Part shown: in pieces, positions 41,839 through 52,127 of the stretch
How positions within the stretch are numbered: the first letter of the stretch is position 1
How the letters are laid out: each line of letters opens with the position of its first letter
Source of the DNA: Steroidobacteraceae bacterium
Lineage (GTDB): Bacteria > Pseudomonadota > Gammaproteobacteria > Steroidobacterales > Steroidobacteraceae
Reading direction: 5' to 3'
Length of the DNA: 64,000 nt
Assembly: GCA_046347255.1 (NCBI GenBank)
Contig: JAXMGO010000007.1
Location: 18,031 to 82,030, forward strand
Position numbers and translations under genes: made by a program
The notes under the pieces: model-generated
Database searches by the model: none
Seen by the model: the letters and a program-made list of their open reading frames with translations, nothing else
What the model was told of the DNA's origin: nothing

Positions 41839-42693
41839 TCAGCCGGCCGGCCGCTGCGTCGCGTCGAGCGCCGCGGTGGCCGCGGGCGCGGAGGCCGCCT
41901 GCTGCGACTTCAGCCAGGCCTCGAAGTCCTGCTTGCTGCGCACGTCGAGCACCACCGGCATGAAGCCGTGGTCGCGGCCGCACAGCTCGGCGCACTGGCC
42001 GCGATACACGCCGGTCTTGTCGGCGTCGATCTTGAACCAGGCCTCGTTGATGTAGCCCGGGATCGCATCCTTCTTGATCGCGAGCGCCGGCACCCACCAG
42101 GAGTGGATCACGTCCTGCGCGCCGATCAGCAGGCGCACCTTGGTGCCGGCCGGCACCACCAGCGGGTTGTCGACCGACAGCAGGTAGTTCTCCACCTGGT
42201 TCGGGTCGCGGCCCGAGCCGAGCGCGCGCGTGGCGTCGCTGGCGCGATCCAGCGTCGAGAAGAAGCTGACGCCGGCATTGACGTACTCGTACTGCCACTT
42301 CCACTGGTAGCCGGTGATGCGGATCGTGAGCTCGGTGCCGCTGGCGTCCTCCATCTGGATGAGCGCCTTGGCGGCCGGCACCGCCATCGACACGAGGATC
42401 AGCACCGGGATCACGGTCCAGATCACCTCGGCCTTGGTGTTGTGCACCAGCTTCGTGTCGGGGATGGCGCCGGTGGATTTGCGGAAGCGCACCAGCGAAT
42501 AGATCATCCACGCGAACACGAACACGCCGATCGCCACGCACCACCAGAACATCAGCATGTGGATCTTGTAGGCCTCGCGCGAGATCTCGCTGATGCCCGG
42601 CGTCATGTTGAGTGCCCAGGCGGCGTGCGCCGCGGGCGCGCCGAACAGACCCGCGAGCGATGCGGCGACGGCCAATACGTATCGATGCTTCAT
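41839..42693 (-). CDS. coxB: cytochrome c oxidase subunit II
   Basis: 284 aa with a signal peptide, two TM segments, and the CuA motif HSWWVPALAIKKDAIPG…CAELCGRDHGFM. Confidence 0.95.
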   Translation of the reverse strand: MKHRYVLAVAASLAGLFGAPAAHAAWALNMTPGISEISREAYKIHMLMFWWCVAIGVFVFAWMIYSLVRFRKSTGAIPDTKLVHNTKAEVIWTVIPVLILVSMAVPAAKALIQMEDASGTELTIRITGYQWKWQYEYVNAGVSFFSTLDRASDATRALGSGRDPNQVENYLLSVDNPLVVPAGTKVRLLIGAQDVIHSWWVPALAIKKDAIPGYINEAWFKIDADKTGVYRGQCAELCGRDHGFMPVVLDVRSKQDFEAWLKSQQAASAPAATAALDATQRPAG

Positions 42694-42705
42694 CTTTTAC
42701 GGACC

Positions 42706-43197
42706 CTAGCTGTTGGCCGCTTCGAACAGCGGCGGCGATTCATTGACGTGCCCGACCAGTCGCTGCAGGCGACCGGCCACTCCCCTGCGTTCTTCTTCCG
42801 TGAGAAACCGCCCGACCTCGCATGCGCGCCCGTGCGACTCGATCACGAGTCGGCTCGGATGCCAGGGCGAGACGGCCCGGCGCAGTGTAACGTGAGCCCA
42901 GTGCCGCGAGAACACGACGTGTTCGCGCTCGCCGGGCAGTTGCGAATCGATCTCGACTGTCCCGTCGCTGACGACGATGGACTGCGAATGCTCGCGGCGC
43001 GCGAGCGATGCGCGCAGCGCCCAGCCGAGCAGCAGCAACTCGAGGCCGGCGAACGGCAGGATCGGCCAGAGGCCGCGCAGCACGAACGGCAGGGCGACGG
43101 CGAGCGCGGTGCCGCAGACGCCCGCATAGAAGAGTCCGGCCGAGCGCGGCGTCAGCGCGCAATTGGGGCGCAGGATGAGGGTCTCGGCCGCAGGCAT
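42706..43197 (-). CDS. DUF2244-like integral membrane protein upstream of coxB
   Basis: 163 aa from MPAAETLIL. Two TM segments then a small soluble domain. Conserved location upstream of coxB. Confidence 0.55.
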   Translation of the reverse strand: MPAAETLILRPNCALTPRSAGLFYAGVCGTALAVALPFVLRGLWPILPFAGLELLLLGWALRASLARREHSQSIVVSDGTVEIDSQLPGEREHVVFSRHWAHVTLRRAVSPWHPSRLVIESHGRACEVGRFLTEEERRGVAGRLQRLVGHVNESPPLFEAANS

Positions 43198-43266
43198 CCG
43201 GCAATGATACGTGTTCCGGAAAAATCCCTGCAACCGTAGGAACTTGGATCGTTGGCTGCAACCTGA

Positions 43267-43956
43267 CTAGAGGCGGCGCGCGAGATCGGCCAGCGGGGCG
43301 TGGATATCCACGGGCACCGCGACCTCCGCGGGCGCGTACGGCAGCACCGCGAGCGGCGGCGCCTCGAGCAACCGGGTGAGCGTGGCGAGGTTCGCCTCCG
43401 GCAGCAGGTAGCGCGGGTCGACGCGGTTGCCGATCCAGCCGGCGAAGGTGCAGCCCCGCGCGCGGATCGATGCGGCCGTGAGCAGCGCGTGGTTGATGCA
43501 GCCGAGCTTCAGGCCCACGACCAGGATCACCGGCAACCCCAGGGCCGCCGCCACGTCGGCCATGGTCGTGCGTGCGCCGATCGGGCAGAGCCAGCCGCCG
43601 GTGCCTTCGACGAGCACCCGGTCGGCATGGGGCCCGAGCGCGCTGAAATCGGCGACGATCGCGCCAATATCGACGCTTATCCCGGCCATTTCAGCCGCAA
43701 TGTCCGGCGAAACGGGTGGCTCGAAGATGTAGGTGTTCGTGCGGAGATCTGTCGCTATCTTCGAAGAATTCGCTGCGATCTGCGCGACATCATCGCTCAC
43801 GAGGCAGCCTTGTACCCGGTCCGCCCCTGAAGCGACCGGTTTCATGCCCACGGCCCGATGCCCGCAGGCGGCGAGCGATCGGAGCAGCGCGCAGGTCACG
43901 CGGGTCTTGCCCGCCCCGGTATCCGTACCCGCGATGAAGTAGCCACGCGGGCTCAT
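43267..43956 (-). CDS. bioD: dethiobiotin synthetase
   Basis: 229 aa. P-loop GTDTGAGKT. Last gene of the bio operon. Confidence 0.9.
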   Translation of the reverse strand: MSPRGYFIAGTDTGAGKTRVTCALLRSLAACGHRAVGMKPVASGADRVQGCLVSDDVAQIAANSSKIATDLRTNTYIFEPPVSPDIAAEMAGISVDIGAIVADFSALGPHADRVLVEGTGGWLCPIGARTTMADVAAALGLPVILVVGLKLGCINHALLTAASIRARGCTFAGWIGNRVDPRYLLPEANLATLTRLLEAPPLAVLPYAPAEVAVPVDIHAPLADLARRL

Positions 43957-44879
43957 GGCGGACCGGAATCCGTCCGGTGCCGTCGCCGCAGGCTGGCCAC
44001 CGGAACGAGCTGCTCGCCCAGGCTTGGGCCCGCCGCCAGGGCTCCCGCGGGTGCGGCGCCCGCGAAGGCGGCGCCGTAGAACAGCTCCCAGGTTGCCGGA
44101 ATGCCCTCCGGCTGCCGCCGTTCCTCGTAGCGCTCGATCATGCGCGCGAGCGTGCGCGGACCCGTGAGTCCGCGCGTGCGCGCCGATGCCGCGTTGCGCG
44201 CGCCGATCGCGCGCAGCTCCTCCATCAGCGCACGCACGTCCGGGTAATGGCGCACGACGCGGTCGGCATCCAGCACCGGCTCGGCGAAGCGTGCATGTTG
44301 CAGCGCTGCGGCGAGATCCGGCATGTCGGCGAACAGGCTGACGCGCGGCGCCGCGTCCACCGCCGCCCAGGCCTCGCGCAGCTCGCCGAGCGTGTCCGGC
44401 CCGAAGCTGCTGAACAGCAGCAATCCGCCCGGCCGCAGCACGCGCGCGCACTCCTCGAACACGCGATCCGGCCGGTCGCTCCATTGCAGCATCAGGCTGC
44501 TGAAAACCAGGTCGACGCTGGCCGTGCGCAGCGGCAGCGCATGCGCATCGGCGCACACGCAGTCGAAGCGTCGCCAGGGCCAGCGGCGGCGCTGCGCCGC
44601 GCGCAGCATGCCCGGCGCGATGTCGAGCGCGAGCACGCGCGCGCGGCGGAAGCGACGCCGCAGCGCGACGGTCGCGCTGCCGGTGCCGGCGCCGAGGTCG
44701 AGCACGACGGCGGGTGCGAGCCTGAAGTAGCCGAGCCGCTCGAGCAGCTCCGCGCGCACCTGTTCCTGCAGGTGCGCCGCGGCGTCGTAGCGCGCGGCCG
44801 CGCGGTCGAAGGCCGCGGCCCCGGCGGGCCGGTCGAAGCCGAAGCCACCGGGTCCGGCGCCCTCGTGCGGTGCGCTCAT
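43953..44879 (-). CDS. bioC: malonyl-ACP O-methyltransferase
   Basis: 308 aa. SAM-methyltransferase motif VLDLGAGTG. Stop overlaps the bioD start. Confidence 0.85.
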   Translation of the reverse strand: MSAPHEGAGPGGFGFDRPAGAAAFDRAAARYDAAAHLQEQVRAELLERLGYFRLAPAVVLDLGAGTGSATVALRRRFRRARVLALDIAPGMLRAAQRRRWPWRRFDCVCADAHALPLRTASVDLVFSSLMLQWSDRPDRVFEECARVLRPGGLLLFSSFGPDTLGELREAWAAVDAAPRVSLFADMPDLAAALQHARFAEPVLDADRVVRHYPDVRALMEELRAIGARNAASARTRGLTGPRTLARMIERYEERRQPEGIPATWELFYGAAFAGAAPAGALAAGPSLGEQLVPVASLRRRHRTDSGPP

Positions 44880-45661
44880 GCGGCGGCTCCGCTCGCGGCC
44901 GGCGCCAGGAATTCCTGCAGCGCGGCCAGCACCGCCGCCGGATGCGAGAGGAACGGCACGTGCGCGGCGCGGCGCAACTCGACCAGGCGCGCCCGTGGCA
45001 GCAGGCCCGCGAAGGCGCGCGCGGCATCCGGCGGCGTCACGCGATCGTTCTGGCCGTTCACCAGCAGCACGGGCAGCGCCAGCGCGGGCGCCAGCTGCCG
45101 CAGGTCGCCGGCGGCGAGCCAGTCGAGTCCCGCGGCGAGCGCCTGCGGCCGCGCGGCACCGTGCGTGGCCAGCGCGCCGTGCAGCGTGGCGAGCGCGGCC
45201 TCGGCCCCGGCGCCGCCGCGCACCTGCAGCTCGAGGAACTCCTCGAGCGTGCGCGCGGGATCGCGCGCCAGGCCAGCCGCAACGCCCTGCAGCGCCGCGG
45301 CCGCGAGTCCGTGCGGCCAGTCCGCGGTGGCGAGGAAGCGCGGTGTGCTCGCCAGCAGCACCAGCCGCGCGATGCGCGCCGGCGCGCGCGCGGCCATGCG
45401 CAGCGCGAGCTGGCCGCCCAGCGACCAGCCGACGAGCGTCGCGCGCTCCGGCAGGGATTCGAGCAGCCAGTCCGCGGCGGCGTCGGCGCCGAGCCCCTCG
45501 CGCCAGGGACTGCGGCCGTGCCCCGGCAGGTCGAGCCGCGTGACGGTGTGGTGCGGGGCGAGGGCAGCCGCCAGCGCGTCGAACACGCCGAGGTTCATCG
45601 CCCAGCCGTGCAGCAGCACGAGGGGCGGGCCGGCGCCGAGCGTTTCGCCGTGCAGGCGCAT
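44876..45661 (-). CDS. bioH: pimeloyl-ACP methyl ester esterase (alpha/beta hydrolase)
   Basis: [23 protein letters not shown]…GWSLGG nucleophile elbow. Sits between bioF and bioC. Confidence 0.8.
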   Translation of the reverse strand: MRLHGETLGAGPPLVLLHGWAMNLGVFDALAAALAPHHTVTRLDLPGHGRSPWREGLGADAAADWLLESLPERATLVGWSLGGQLALRMAARAPARIARLVLLASTPRFLATADWPHGLAAAALQGVAAGLARDPARTLEEFLELQVRGGAGAEAALATLHGALATHGAARPQALAAGLDWLAAGDLRQLAPALALPVLLVNGQNDRVTPPDAARAFAGLLPRARLVELRRAAHVPFLSHPAAVLAALQEFLAPAASGAAA

Positions 45662-46848
45662 CAGTGCCCTGCGGCCCGCGCCGCCGCCAGCGTCGCCACC
45701 AGTGCGTCGACGTCCGCCTCGCGATGCAGCGCCGAGAGCGTGATGCGCAGGCGCGCGCTGCCCTCGGGCACGGTCGGCGGGCGGATCGCCGCGACCCAGA
45801 ACCCGGCATCGCGCAGCGCGGCGCTGAGCCGCAGCGCCTCGCCTTCTGCGCCGACGACCAGCGGCTGGATCGGCGTCGTGCTGGCGCCCAGCGCGAGCCC
45901 GGCCCGCAGCGCAGCGGCGCGGAAGCGTGCGACGAGCGCGCGCAGGCGCTCGCGGCGCCACTCCTCGGCGGCCGCGAGGCGCAGCGCGACGCGCGTCGCC
46001 GCCGCCACGGCCGGCGGCAGCGCGGTCGTGTAGATGTACGTGCGCGCGTGCTGCAGCAGGAATTCGATCGTGTCCTCGTCGCCGGCGACGAAGGCGCCGA
46101 AGCTGCCGAAGGCCTTGCCGAGCGTGCCGACCAGCAACGGCACCGCATCGGCCCCGAGGCCGGCCGCTGCGAGCGTGCCGCCACCGCCTGCGCCCAGCAC
46201 GCCGAGGCCGTGGGCGTCGTCGACCAGCAGCCAGGCGCGCGCGCGCGCCGCGAGCCCTGCGAGCGCGGCCACCGGCGCGACATCGCCGTCCATGCTGAAC
46301 ACGCCGTCGGTGGCCAGCAGCGCGACATCGTCGCGCCCCGCGAGCATCCGGCCGGCCGCCTCCGCGTCGGCGTGCGCAAAGCGCAGCAGCCGCGCACCTG
46401 ACAGCCGCGCGCCGTCGATGAGCGAGGCATGGTTGAGGCGGTCCTCGAGCACGACCTCGCCGCGCCCGGCGAAAGCGCTGATCACGCCGAGGTTGGCCAT
46501 GTAGCCGGTGGAGAACAGCAGCGCGCGCCCGCGCCCGGTGAAGTGCGCGAGCTCCTCCTCGAGCGCGTGGTGCGGCGCCGAGTGGCCGCTGCCGGCTGCG
46601 CGCGCGCGGCGCGCGCGGCCCGCGCCGAACGCGGCCGCCGCCGGCCCGAGCGCGGCGACCACCTCCGGGTGGCGCGCGAGGCCGAGGTAATCGTTGCTGC
46701 AGAAATCGAGCAGCGCGCGTCCTCGACCACGACGCGCGCGCGCCTCGCCCGCGTCGAGCACGCGCTCGACGACCGCGCGGCGGCGCAGGCGCGCGGCGGC
46801 GATCAGCCGCGCGCGGTCGCGCGCCAGGACTTCAGGATCGCGGCGCAT
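45661..46848 (-). CDS. bioF: 8-amino-7-oxononanoate synthase
   Basis: PLP-dependent; FCSNDYLGL motif and the [11 protein letters not shown] lysine region. Confidence 0.85.
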   Translation of the reverse strand: MRRDPEVLARDRARLIAAARLRRRAVVERVLDAGEARARRGRGRALLDFCSNDYLGLARHPEVVAALGPAAAAFGAGRARRARAAGSGHSAPHHALEEELAHFTGRGRALLFSTGYMANLGVISAFAGRGEVVLEDRLNHASLIDGARLSGARLLRFAHADAEAAGRMLAGRDDVALLATDGVFSMDGDVAPVAALAGLAARARAWLLVDDAHGLGVLGAGGGGTLAAAGLGADAVPLLVGTLGKAFGSFGAFVAGDEDTIEFLLQHARTYIYTTALPPAVAAATRVALRLAAAEEWRRERLRALVARFRAAALRAGLALGASTTPIQPLVVGAEGEALRLSAALRDAGFWVAAIRPPTVPEGSARLRITLSALHREADVDALVATLAAARAAGH

Positions 46849-47932
46849 GGGCGGCGCGCGCCGCGGCCGAAGGCTCGCGCACCGCCGGGGCCGGTTCGCG
46901 CACCGCCGCGGCATCGCGCGCCGCGGTGCCGTCGCGCGGCTCGGTGACGCTCACCTCGGCGTGCGCCGACAGCGTGGGCGCGAGGCCGAGGCGCGCGAGC
47001 AGCGCGCGGTCGTGCTCGACGTCCGGGTTGCCGGTGGTCAGCAGCTTCTCGCCGTAGAAGATCGAATTGGCGCCCGCGAGGAAGGCGAGCGCCTGCAGCT
47101 CGTCGCTCATCGCGCCGCGCCCGGCCGACAGCCGTACCTGCGAGCGCGGCAGCATGATGCGCGCGACGGCGATGGTGCGGATGAAGTCGAAGGGATCGGT
47201 CGGCGCCGCGTGCTCGAGCGGCGTGCCCGGCACCGGCACCAGCTGGTTGATCGGCACGCTCTCCGGCTGCGTCGGCAGGTTGGCGAGCGTCACCAGCATG
47301 CTGGCGCGGTCGCGCTGCGATTCGCCCATGCCGACGATGCCGCCCGAGCACACCTTCAGGCCGGCATCGCGCACCGCCGCGAGCGTGTCGAGGCGGTCCT
47401 GGTAGGTGCGCGTCGTGATGATCCGGCCGTAGAACTCCTCGGAGGTGTCGACGTTGTGGTTGTAGTAGTCCAGGCCGCAGTCCCTGAGCTGCCGCGCCTG
47501 CTCGCCGGTCAGCATGCCGAGCGTGGCGCAGGTCTCCATGCCGAGCTCGCGCACCGCCCGCACCATCGAGCCGATCTGCTCGAGCTCCTTCGCCTTCGGC
47601 GAGCGGTAGGCCGCGCCCATGCAGAAGCGCGTCGCGCCGGCATCGCGCGCCGCGCGGGCGCGTTCCAGCACTTCGGCGAGCGGCAGCAGCTTCTCGCGCT
47701 CCAGGCCGGTGTCGTGGCGCACGCTCTGCGGGCAGTAGGCGCAGTCCTCGGGGCAGGCGCCGGTCTTGATCGACAGCAGGCTGCTCATCTGCACCGTGTT
47801 GGCGGGCTGGCAGGCGCGATGCACCTCCTGAGCACGATGCAGGAGGTCCAGGAACGGCAGGGCGAACAGCGCCTCGGCTTCCGCCAGCGACCAGTCATGA
47901 CGCACGGCCGCGATCGGGACACTTGCAACCAT
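46832..47932 (-). CDS. bioB: biotin synthase (radical SAM)
   Basis: [11 protein letters not shown] radical-SAM cluster motif. Start MVASV… (an alternative ATG lies 21 nt upstream). Confidence 0.9.
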   Translation of the reverse strand: MVASVPIAAVRHDWSLAEAEALFALPFLDLLHRAQEVHRACQPANTVQMSSLLSIKTGACPEDCAYCPQSVRHDTGLEREKLLPLAEVLERARAARDAGATRFCMGAAYRSPKAKELEQIGSMVRAVRELGMETCATLGMLTGEQARQLRDCGLDYYNHNVDTSEEFYGRIITTRTYQDRLDTLAAVRDAGLKVCSGGIVGMGESQRDRASMLVTLANLPTQPESVPINQLVPVPGTPLEHAAPTDPFDFIRTIAVARIMLPRSQVRLSAGRGAMSDELQALAFLAGANSIFYGEKLLTTGNPDVEHDRALLARLGLAPTLSAHAEVSVTEPRDGTAARDAAAVREPAPAVREPSAAARAAHAPRS

Positions 47933-48004
47933 CTGATTTAACTCCCAAAACACCAGATATGGAGCTTGCCGCGGGCTCGCGCGGCCCGCAGGCTTGGCGG
48001 CCGC

Positions 48005-48727
48005 ATGTTCGGACGCACCTCCATGACTGTCAACCTGCCGGCAGCCGCCTGGTCGACAATCGGGGCTTTGTTGTCCATTTGCCGCGGCGGCCTACTGCCC
48101 CCCTGCTGCCTCCTGTGCGGCGGCCCCGGCGGCGCCACGGGCCTGGACCTGTGCGAGGACTGCACGCGGTGGCTGGTGCCGGCCGCCGCGCCACCGCTCG
48201 CTCCCTTCGCGCGCGTGGTCTGCTCCTGGCACTACGCCTGGCCGCTCGATCGTGGCATCCAGGCCTTCAAGTTCCAGGGCGAACGCGCCTGGGCGCAGGT
48301 GTTCGGCGTCGCGCTCGCCGCGGCCCGCCTGGCCGGCGGCGGGCCGTTGCCCGATTTGCTCGTGCCGGTGCCGCTGCACCTCGCGCGCCAGCGCACGCGC
48401 GGCTTCAACCAGTCCGCCGACATCGCGCGCTGCGCCGCGCGCCGGCTGCGCCTGCCCTGCGCGGCGCACGCGCTGGAGCGCTGGCGCGCCACCGGCACGC
48501 AGAGCACGCTGCCGGCGGCGGGCCGCGCCGCCAACGTGGCCGGCGCCTTCCGCGCCACGCGCGCGCTCAAGGGGCTGCGCATCGCGCTCATCGACGACGT
48601 GCTGACCACCGGCAGTACCGCCAGTGCGGCTGGCGAAGCGCTGATCGCCGCCGGTGCCGGCGCGCTGGAGCTGTGGGTGGTGGCGCGCGCCGCCGGCGGC
48701 GACGCGGGCGGCGCCGCCGCGCGTTAG
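48005..48727 (+). CDS. ComF-family protein (phosphoribosyltransferase-like)
   Basis: N-terminal CxxC x2 zinc-finger (CCLLCG…CEDC) and C-terminal PRTase motif [12 protein letters not shown]. Confidence 0.7.
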   Translation: MFGRTSMTVNLPAAAWSTIGALLSICRGGLLPPCCLLCGGPGGATGLDLCEDCTRWLVPAAAPPLAPFARVVCSWHYAWPLDRGIQAFKFQGERAWAQVFGVALAAARLAGGGPLPDLLVPVPLHLARQRTRGFNQSADIARCAARRLRLPCAAHALERWRATGTQSTLPAAGRAANVAGAFRATRALKGLRIALIDDVLTTGSTASAAGEALIAAGAGALELWVVARAAGGDAGGAAAR

Positions 48728-48740
48728 CCGCCGGTGGCCG

Positions 48741-49619
48741 CTAGCGCCGCACCGCGAACTCGAGGATCAGCCCCCCGAGCACGACCATGCCGAAGTAGTT
48801 GTTGTTGTGGAAGGCGCGCTGGCAGCCGTCGTTGTCGCGGCGGCGCGCGATCCACTGCTGCCAGGCGAAGCACAGCCCGCCGACCGCAAGCGCCGCGAAA
48901 TAGATCGGGCTCAGCGCCAGCGCGCGTCCCATCAGCAGCAGCGCGACGAGCATCATCAGCTGCATCACGCCGATCAGCAGCAGGTCGAGGTCGCCGAACA
49001 GCAGCGCGCTCGACTTCACGCCGAGGCGCGCATCGTCGGCGCGATCCATCATCGCGTACCAGGTGTCGTAGACGCCGGCCCATAGCACCGCCGCGACCAG
49101 CATCAGCCAGCCGGCGCGCGGCACTGCGCCGAGCTCGGCGGCGAAGGCCATCGGCACGCCCCAGCCGAAGGCGAGGCCGAGGTAGAGCTGCGGGATCGGG
49201 AAGAAGCGCTTGAACAGCGGGTAGGTGACGGTGATCGCCGCGCCGACGCAGGCGAGGCGCAGCGTCGTGCCGTTGAGCTGCAGCGCCAGCACGAGCGCGA
49301 GCAGCGCGAGCGCGGCGGCGAACGCCAGCGCCTCCCACGGCGAGCGCCGCCGCGCCGCCAGCGGTCGCCAGCGCGTGCGGCGCACGTATGGGTCGATGTT
49401 GCGGTCGAAGAAGTCGTTGACCACGCAGCCGGCCGAGCGCATCAGCACGGTGCCGATGGTGAAGATCGCGAGCAGCGCGAGGCTCGGGCGGCCGCGCGAG
49501 GCGACCCACAGCGCCCACAGCGTCGGCCACAGCAGCAGCGCGATGCCGATCGGGCGGTCGAGCCGCGCGAGCTGCACGTAGTCCTCCAGCCGCCGGCGCA
49601 TCGCCGGCGACAGGCGCAT
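48741..49619 (-). CDS. ubiA: 4-hydroxybenzoate polyprenyltransferase
   Basis: UbiA motifs NDFFDRNIDP and YDTWYAMMDRADD. Start chosen at the ATG with the best ribosome-binding-site spacing (GAGG-7nt-ATG). Confidence 0.85.
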   Translation of the reverse strand: MRLSPAMRRRLEDYVQLARLDRPIGIALLLWPTLWALWVASRGRPSLALLAIFTIGTVLMRSAGCVVNDFFDRNIDPYVRRTRWRPLAARRRSPWEALAFAAALALLALVLALQLNGTTLRLACVGAAITVTYPLFKRFFPIPQLYLGLAFGWGVPMAFAAELGAVPRAGWLMLVAAVLWAGVYDTWYAMMDRADDARLGVKSSALLFGDLDLLLIGVMQLMMLVALLLMGRALALSPIYFAALAVGGLCFAWQQWIARRRDNDGCQRAFHNNNYFGMVVLGGLILEFAVRR

Positions 49620-49629
49620 GCGCAGTGCC

Positions 49630-51726
49630 TCAACCGACGCGCGCATATTCCTCCCCCGCCCCGACCCAGCGCGCGCACAGCGGCGCGACGCGCTCGGGAT
49701 GCTCGCCGAGCAGGCGCGCCGCCGCCGCGCGCACCGCGTCCAGAAGGTCGGCATCGCGCACCAGGTCGGCGACCTTGAGCTGCGCGAGCCCCGTCTGGCG
49801 CGTGCCGAGCAGCTCGCCCGGGCCGCGCAGCTCCAGGTCGCGGCGCGCGATCTCGAAGCCGTCGCTGCTCTCGCGCAGCGTGGCGAGGCGGGCGCGCGCC
49901 ATCTCCGACAGCGGCGAGCGGTACAGCAGCACGCAGCTCGAGGCATGCGCGCCGCGCCCGACGCGGCCGCGCAGCTGGTGCAGCTGCGCGAGCCCCATGC
50001 GCTCGGCGTTCTCCACCACCATGACGGTGGCGTTCGGCACGTCGACGCCCACCTCGATCACCGTGGTCGCGACCAGCAGGTCGAGCTCGCCGCGGCTGAA
50101 AGCCTGCATCACCGCGTCCTTGGCGCGCGGCGCGAGGCGCCCGTGCACCAGGCCGACGCGGCGCGCCGGCAGCGCCTCGGTGAGCGCGGCCGCGGCCTCC
50201 TCGGCGGCCTGCCAGCCGAGCTCGTCGGACTCCTCGATCAGCGCGCACACCCAGTAGGCCTGGCGCCCGCCGCGGCAGGCCTCTTCGATGCGCGCCACCA
50301 CCTCGGCGCGCCGCTCCTCGGGGACCACCACGGTGCGCACCGGCGTGCGTCCCGGCGGCAGCTCGTCGATGATCGAGACGTCGAGGTCGGCGTAGGCGGT
50401 CATCGCCAGGGTGCGTGGGATCGGCGTTGCCGTCATGATCAGCTGGTGCGGCAGGCGCGCGCCGGCCGCGCCCTTCTGCTGCAGCGCCAGCCGCTGCTGC
50501 ACGCCGAAACGGTGCTGCTCGTCGATGACGATGAGCGCCAGGTCGCGGAAGCGCATCGCGTCCTGGAACAGCGCATGCGTGCCGACCACCAGGCGCGCGT
50601 GGCCGGCGGCGATCGCCGCCAGCGCCGTGCGGCGCGCCGCGGCGCGCTGCGAGCCGCTGACCAGCGTCACCTGGATGCCGAGCGGCGCGAACCAGCGCTC
50701 CAGCGAGCGCGCATGCTGCTCGGCCAGCAGCTCGGTCGGCGCCATCAGCGCCGCCTGGTGGCCGCTGCCGAGCGCGCGCGCCGCCGCCGCCGCCGCGACC
50801 ACGGTCTTGCCGCAGCCGACGTCGCCCTGGATGAGGCGCGCCATCGGCACCGCGCCGGCGAGGTCGCGGTCGATCTCGGCGAGCACGCGCCGCTGCGCGC
50901 CGGTGGGTGCGAAGGGCAGCGCGGCCAGCAGCCGCCGCTGCAGGCCGGCGCCGTCCTCGAGCGCGGGCGCGTGGCCGCGCTGCGTCGCGCGGCGCAGCGC
51001 CAGCAGCGCGAGCTGGTGCGCCAGCAGTTCCTCGAAGGCGAGCCGGCGCTGCGCCGGATGCCGCCCGGAGAGCAGCTCGCGCGCGTCGGTCCCGACCGGT
51101 GGCTGGTGCATGAACTCCAGCGCCACGCGCAGGCCGGGGAGCCCGAGGCCTTCCAGCAACGCCGGCGGCAGGTAGTCGGTGAGCCCGGCCTGGCCGACGG
51201 CGGCGAGCGCCTGGCGCACCAGCGCGCGGATGCGCCCCTGCGTCAGGCCCTCGCAGGCCGGGTACACCGGCGTCAGCGTCTGCGACAGCGCCTCGCCCTC
51301 CGGCGCGATGCGCCGGTATTCGGGATGCACGATCTCCAGGCCCAGCGGGCCGCGGCGCACGTCGCCGTAGCAGCGCAGCCAGGTGCCGCGCTCGAGTCCG
51401 GCGCGCTGCGCCTGCGTGAAGTGGAAGAAGCGCAGCGTGAGGCTCCCGCTGCGGTCGGCGAGGCGCACCAGCAGCTGGCGCCGGCGGCGGAAGGCGATCT
51501 CGGCGAGCAGCACCTCGCCCTCGACGAGCGCCGGCGCGCCGGGACTGAGCGCGCCGATGGGCTCGACGCGCGTGCGGTCCTCGTAGCGCACCGGCAGCAC
51601 GAACAGCAGGTCGGCGACGCTGCGCACGCCGAGGCGCGCGAGCCGCTCGGCGGCCACGTCGCCGACGCCGCGCAGTCCCGTGAGTGCGGTCGCCTCCTGC
51701 CCGCCACTACGCGCGTTCACGCCCAT
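49630..51726 (-). CDS. recG: ATP-dependent DNA helicase RecG
   Basis: ~698 aa. Wedge domain plus SF2 helicase (GDVGCGKT Walker A, DEQHRFG DEQH box). Confidence 0.9.
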   Translation of the reverse strand: MGVNARSGGQEATALTGLRGVGDVAAERLARLGVRSVADLLFVLPVRYEDRTRVEPIGALSPGAPALVEGEVLLAEIAFRRRRQLLVRLADRSGSLTLRFFHFTQAQRAGLERGTWLRCYGDVRRGPLGLEIVHPEYRRIAPEGEALSQTLTPVYPACEGLTQGRIRALVRQALAAVGQAGLTDYLPPALLEGLGLPGLRVALEFMHQPPVGTDARELLSGRHPAQRRLAFEELLAHQLALLALRRATQRGHAPALEDGAGLQRRLLAALPFAPTGAQRRVLAEIDRDLAGAVPMARLIQGDVGCGKTVVAAAAAARALGSGHQAALMAPTELLAEQHARSLERWFAPLGIQVTLVSGSQRAAARRTALAAIAAGHARLVVGTHALFQDAMRFRDLALIVIDEQHRFGVQQRLALQQKGAAGARLPHQLIMTATPIPRTLAMTAYADLDVSIIDELPPGRTPVRTVVVPEERRAEVVARIEEACRGGRQAYWVCALIEESDELGWQAAEEAAAALTEALPARRVGLVHGRLAPRAKDAVMQAFSRGELDLLVATTVIEVGVDVPNATVMVVENAERMGLAQLHQLRGRVGRGAHASSCVLLYRSPLSEMARARLATLRESSDGFEIARRDLELRGPGELLGTRQTGLAQLKVADLVRDADLLDAVRAAAARLLGEHPERVAPLCARWVGAGEEYARVG

Positions 51727-51746
51727 GCTCCTCGCGACACCCGGCC

Positions 51747-52127
51747 CTAGAACGCCAGGATGCACTCCATCTCGACGCGCGCGCCACGCGGCAGCGCGGC
51801 CACGCCGACCGCGGCGCGCGCCGGATAGGGCTCGCGGAAGTAGGTCGCCATGATCTCGTTGACCTTGGGGAAGTGGCCGAGGTCGGTGAGGAACACCGTC
51901 AGCTTGGCCACGTTGGCGAGCGAGCCGCCGGCGGCGGTGGCGATCGCCGCGAGGTTGTCGAACACGCGGCGGATCTCGGCCTCGATGTCGCCGCTGAGCA
52001 GCTGCCCGCTGACCGGGTCGAGCGGGATCTGGCCGGAGACGTACACCGTGTTGCCGACGCGCACCGCCTGCGAGTAGGTGCCGATGGCCTTGGGTGCATG
52101 CTCGGTGTGGATGATGCTGCGGCTCAT
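51747..52127 (-). CDS. ridA: RidA/YjgF-family reactive intermediate deaminase
   Basis: 126-aa YjgF/chorismate-mutase-like fold sequence. Start overlaps the spoT stop. Confidence 0.85.
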   Translation of the reverse strand: MSRSIIHTEHAPKAIGTYSQAVRVGNTVYVSGQIPLDPVSGQLLSGDIEAEIRRVFDNLAAIATAAGGSLANVAKLTVFLTDLGHFPKVNEIMATYFREPYPARAAVGVAALPRGARVEMECILAF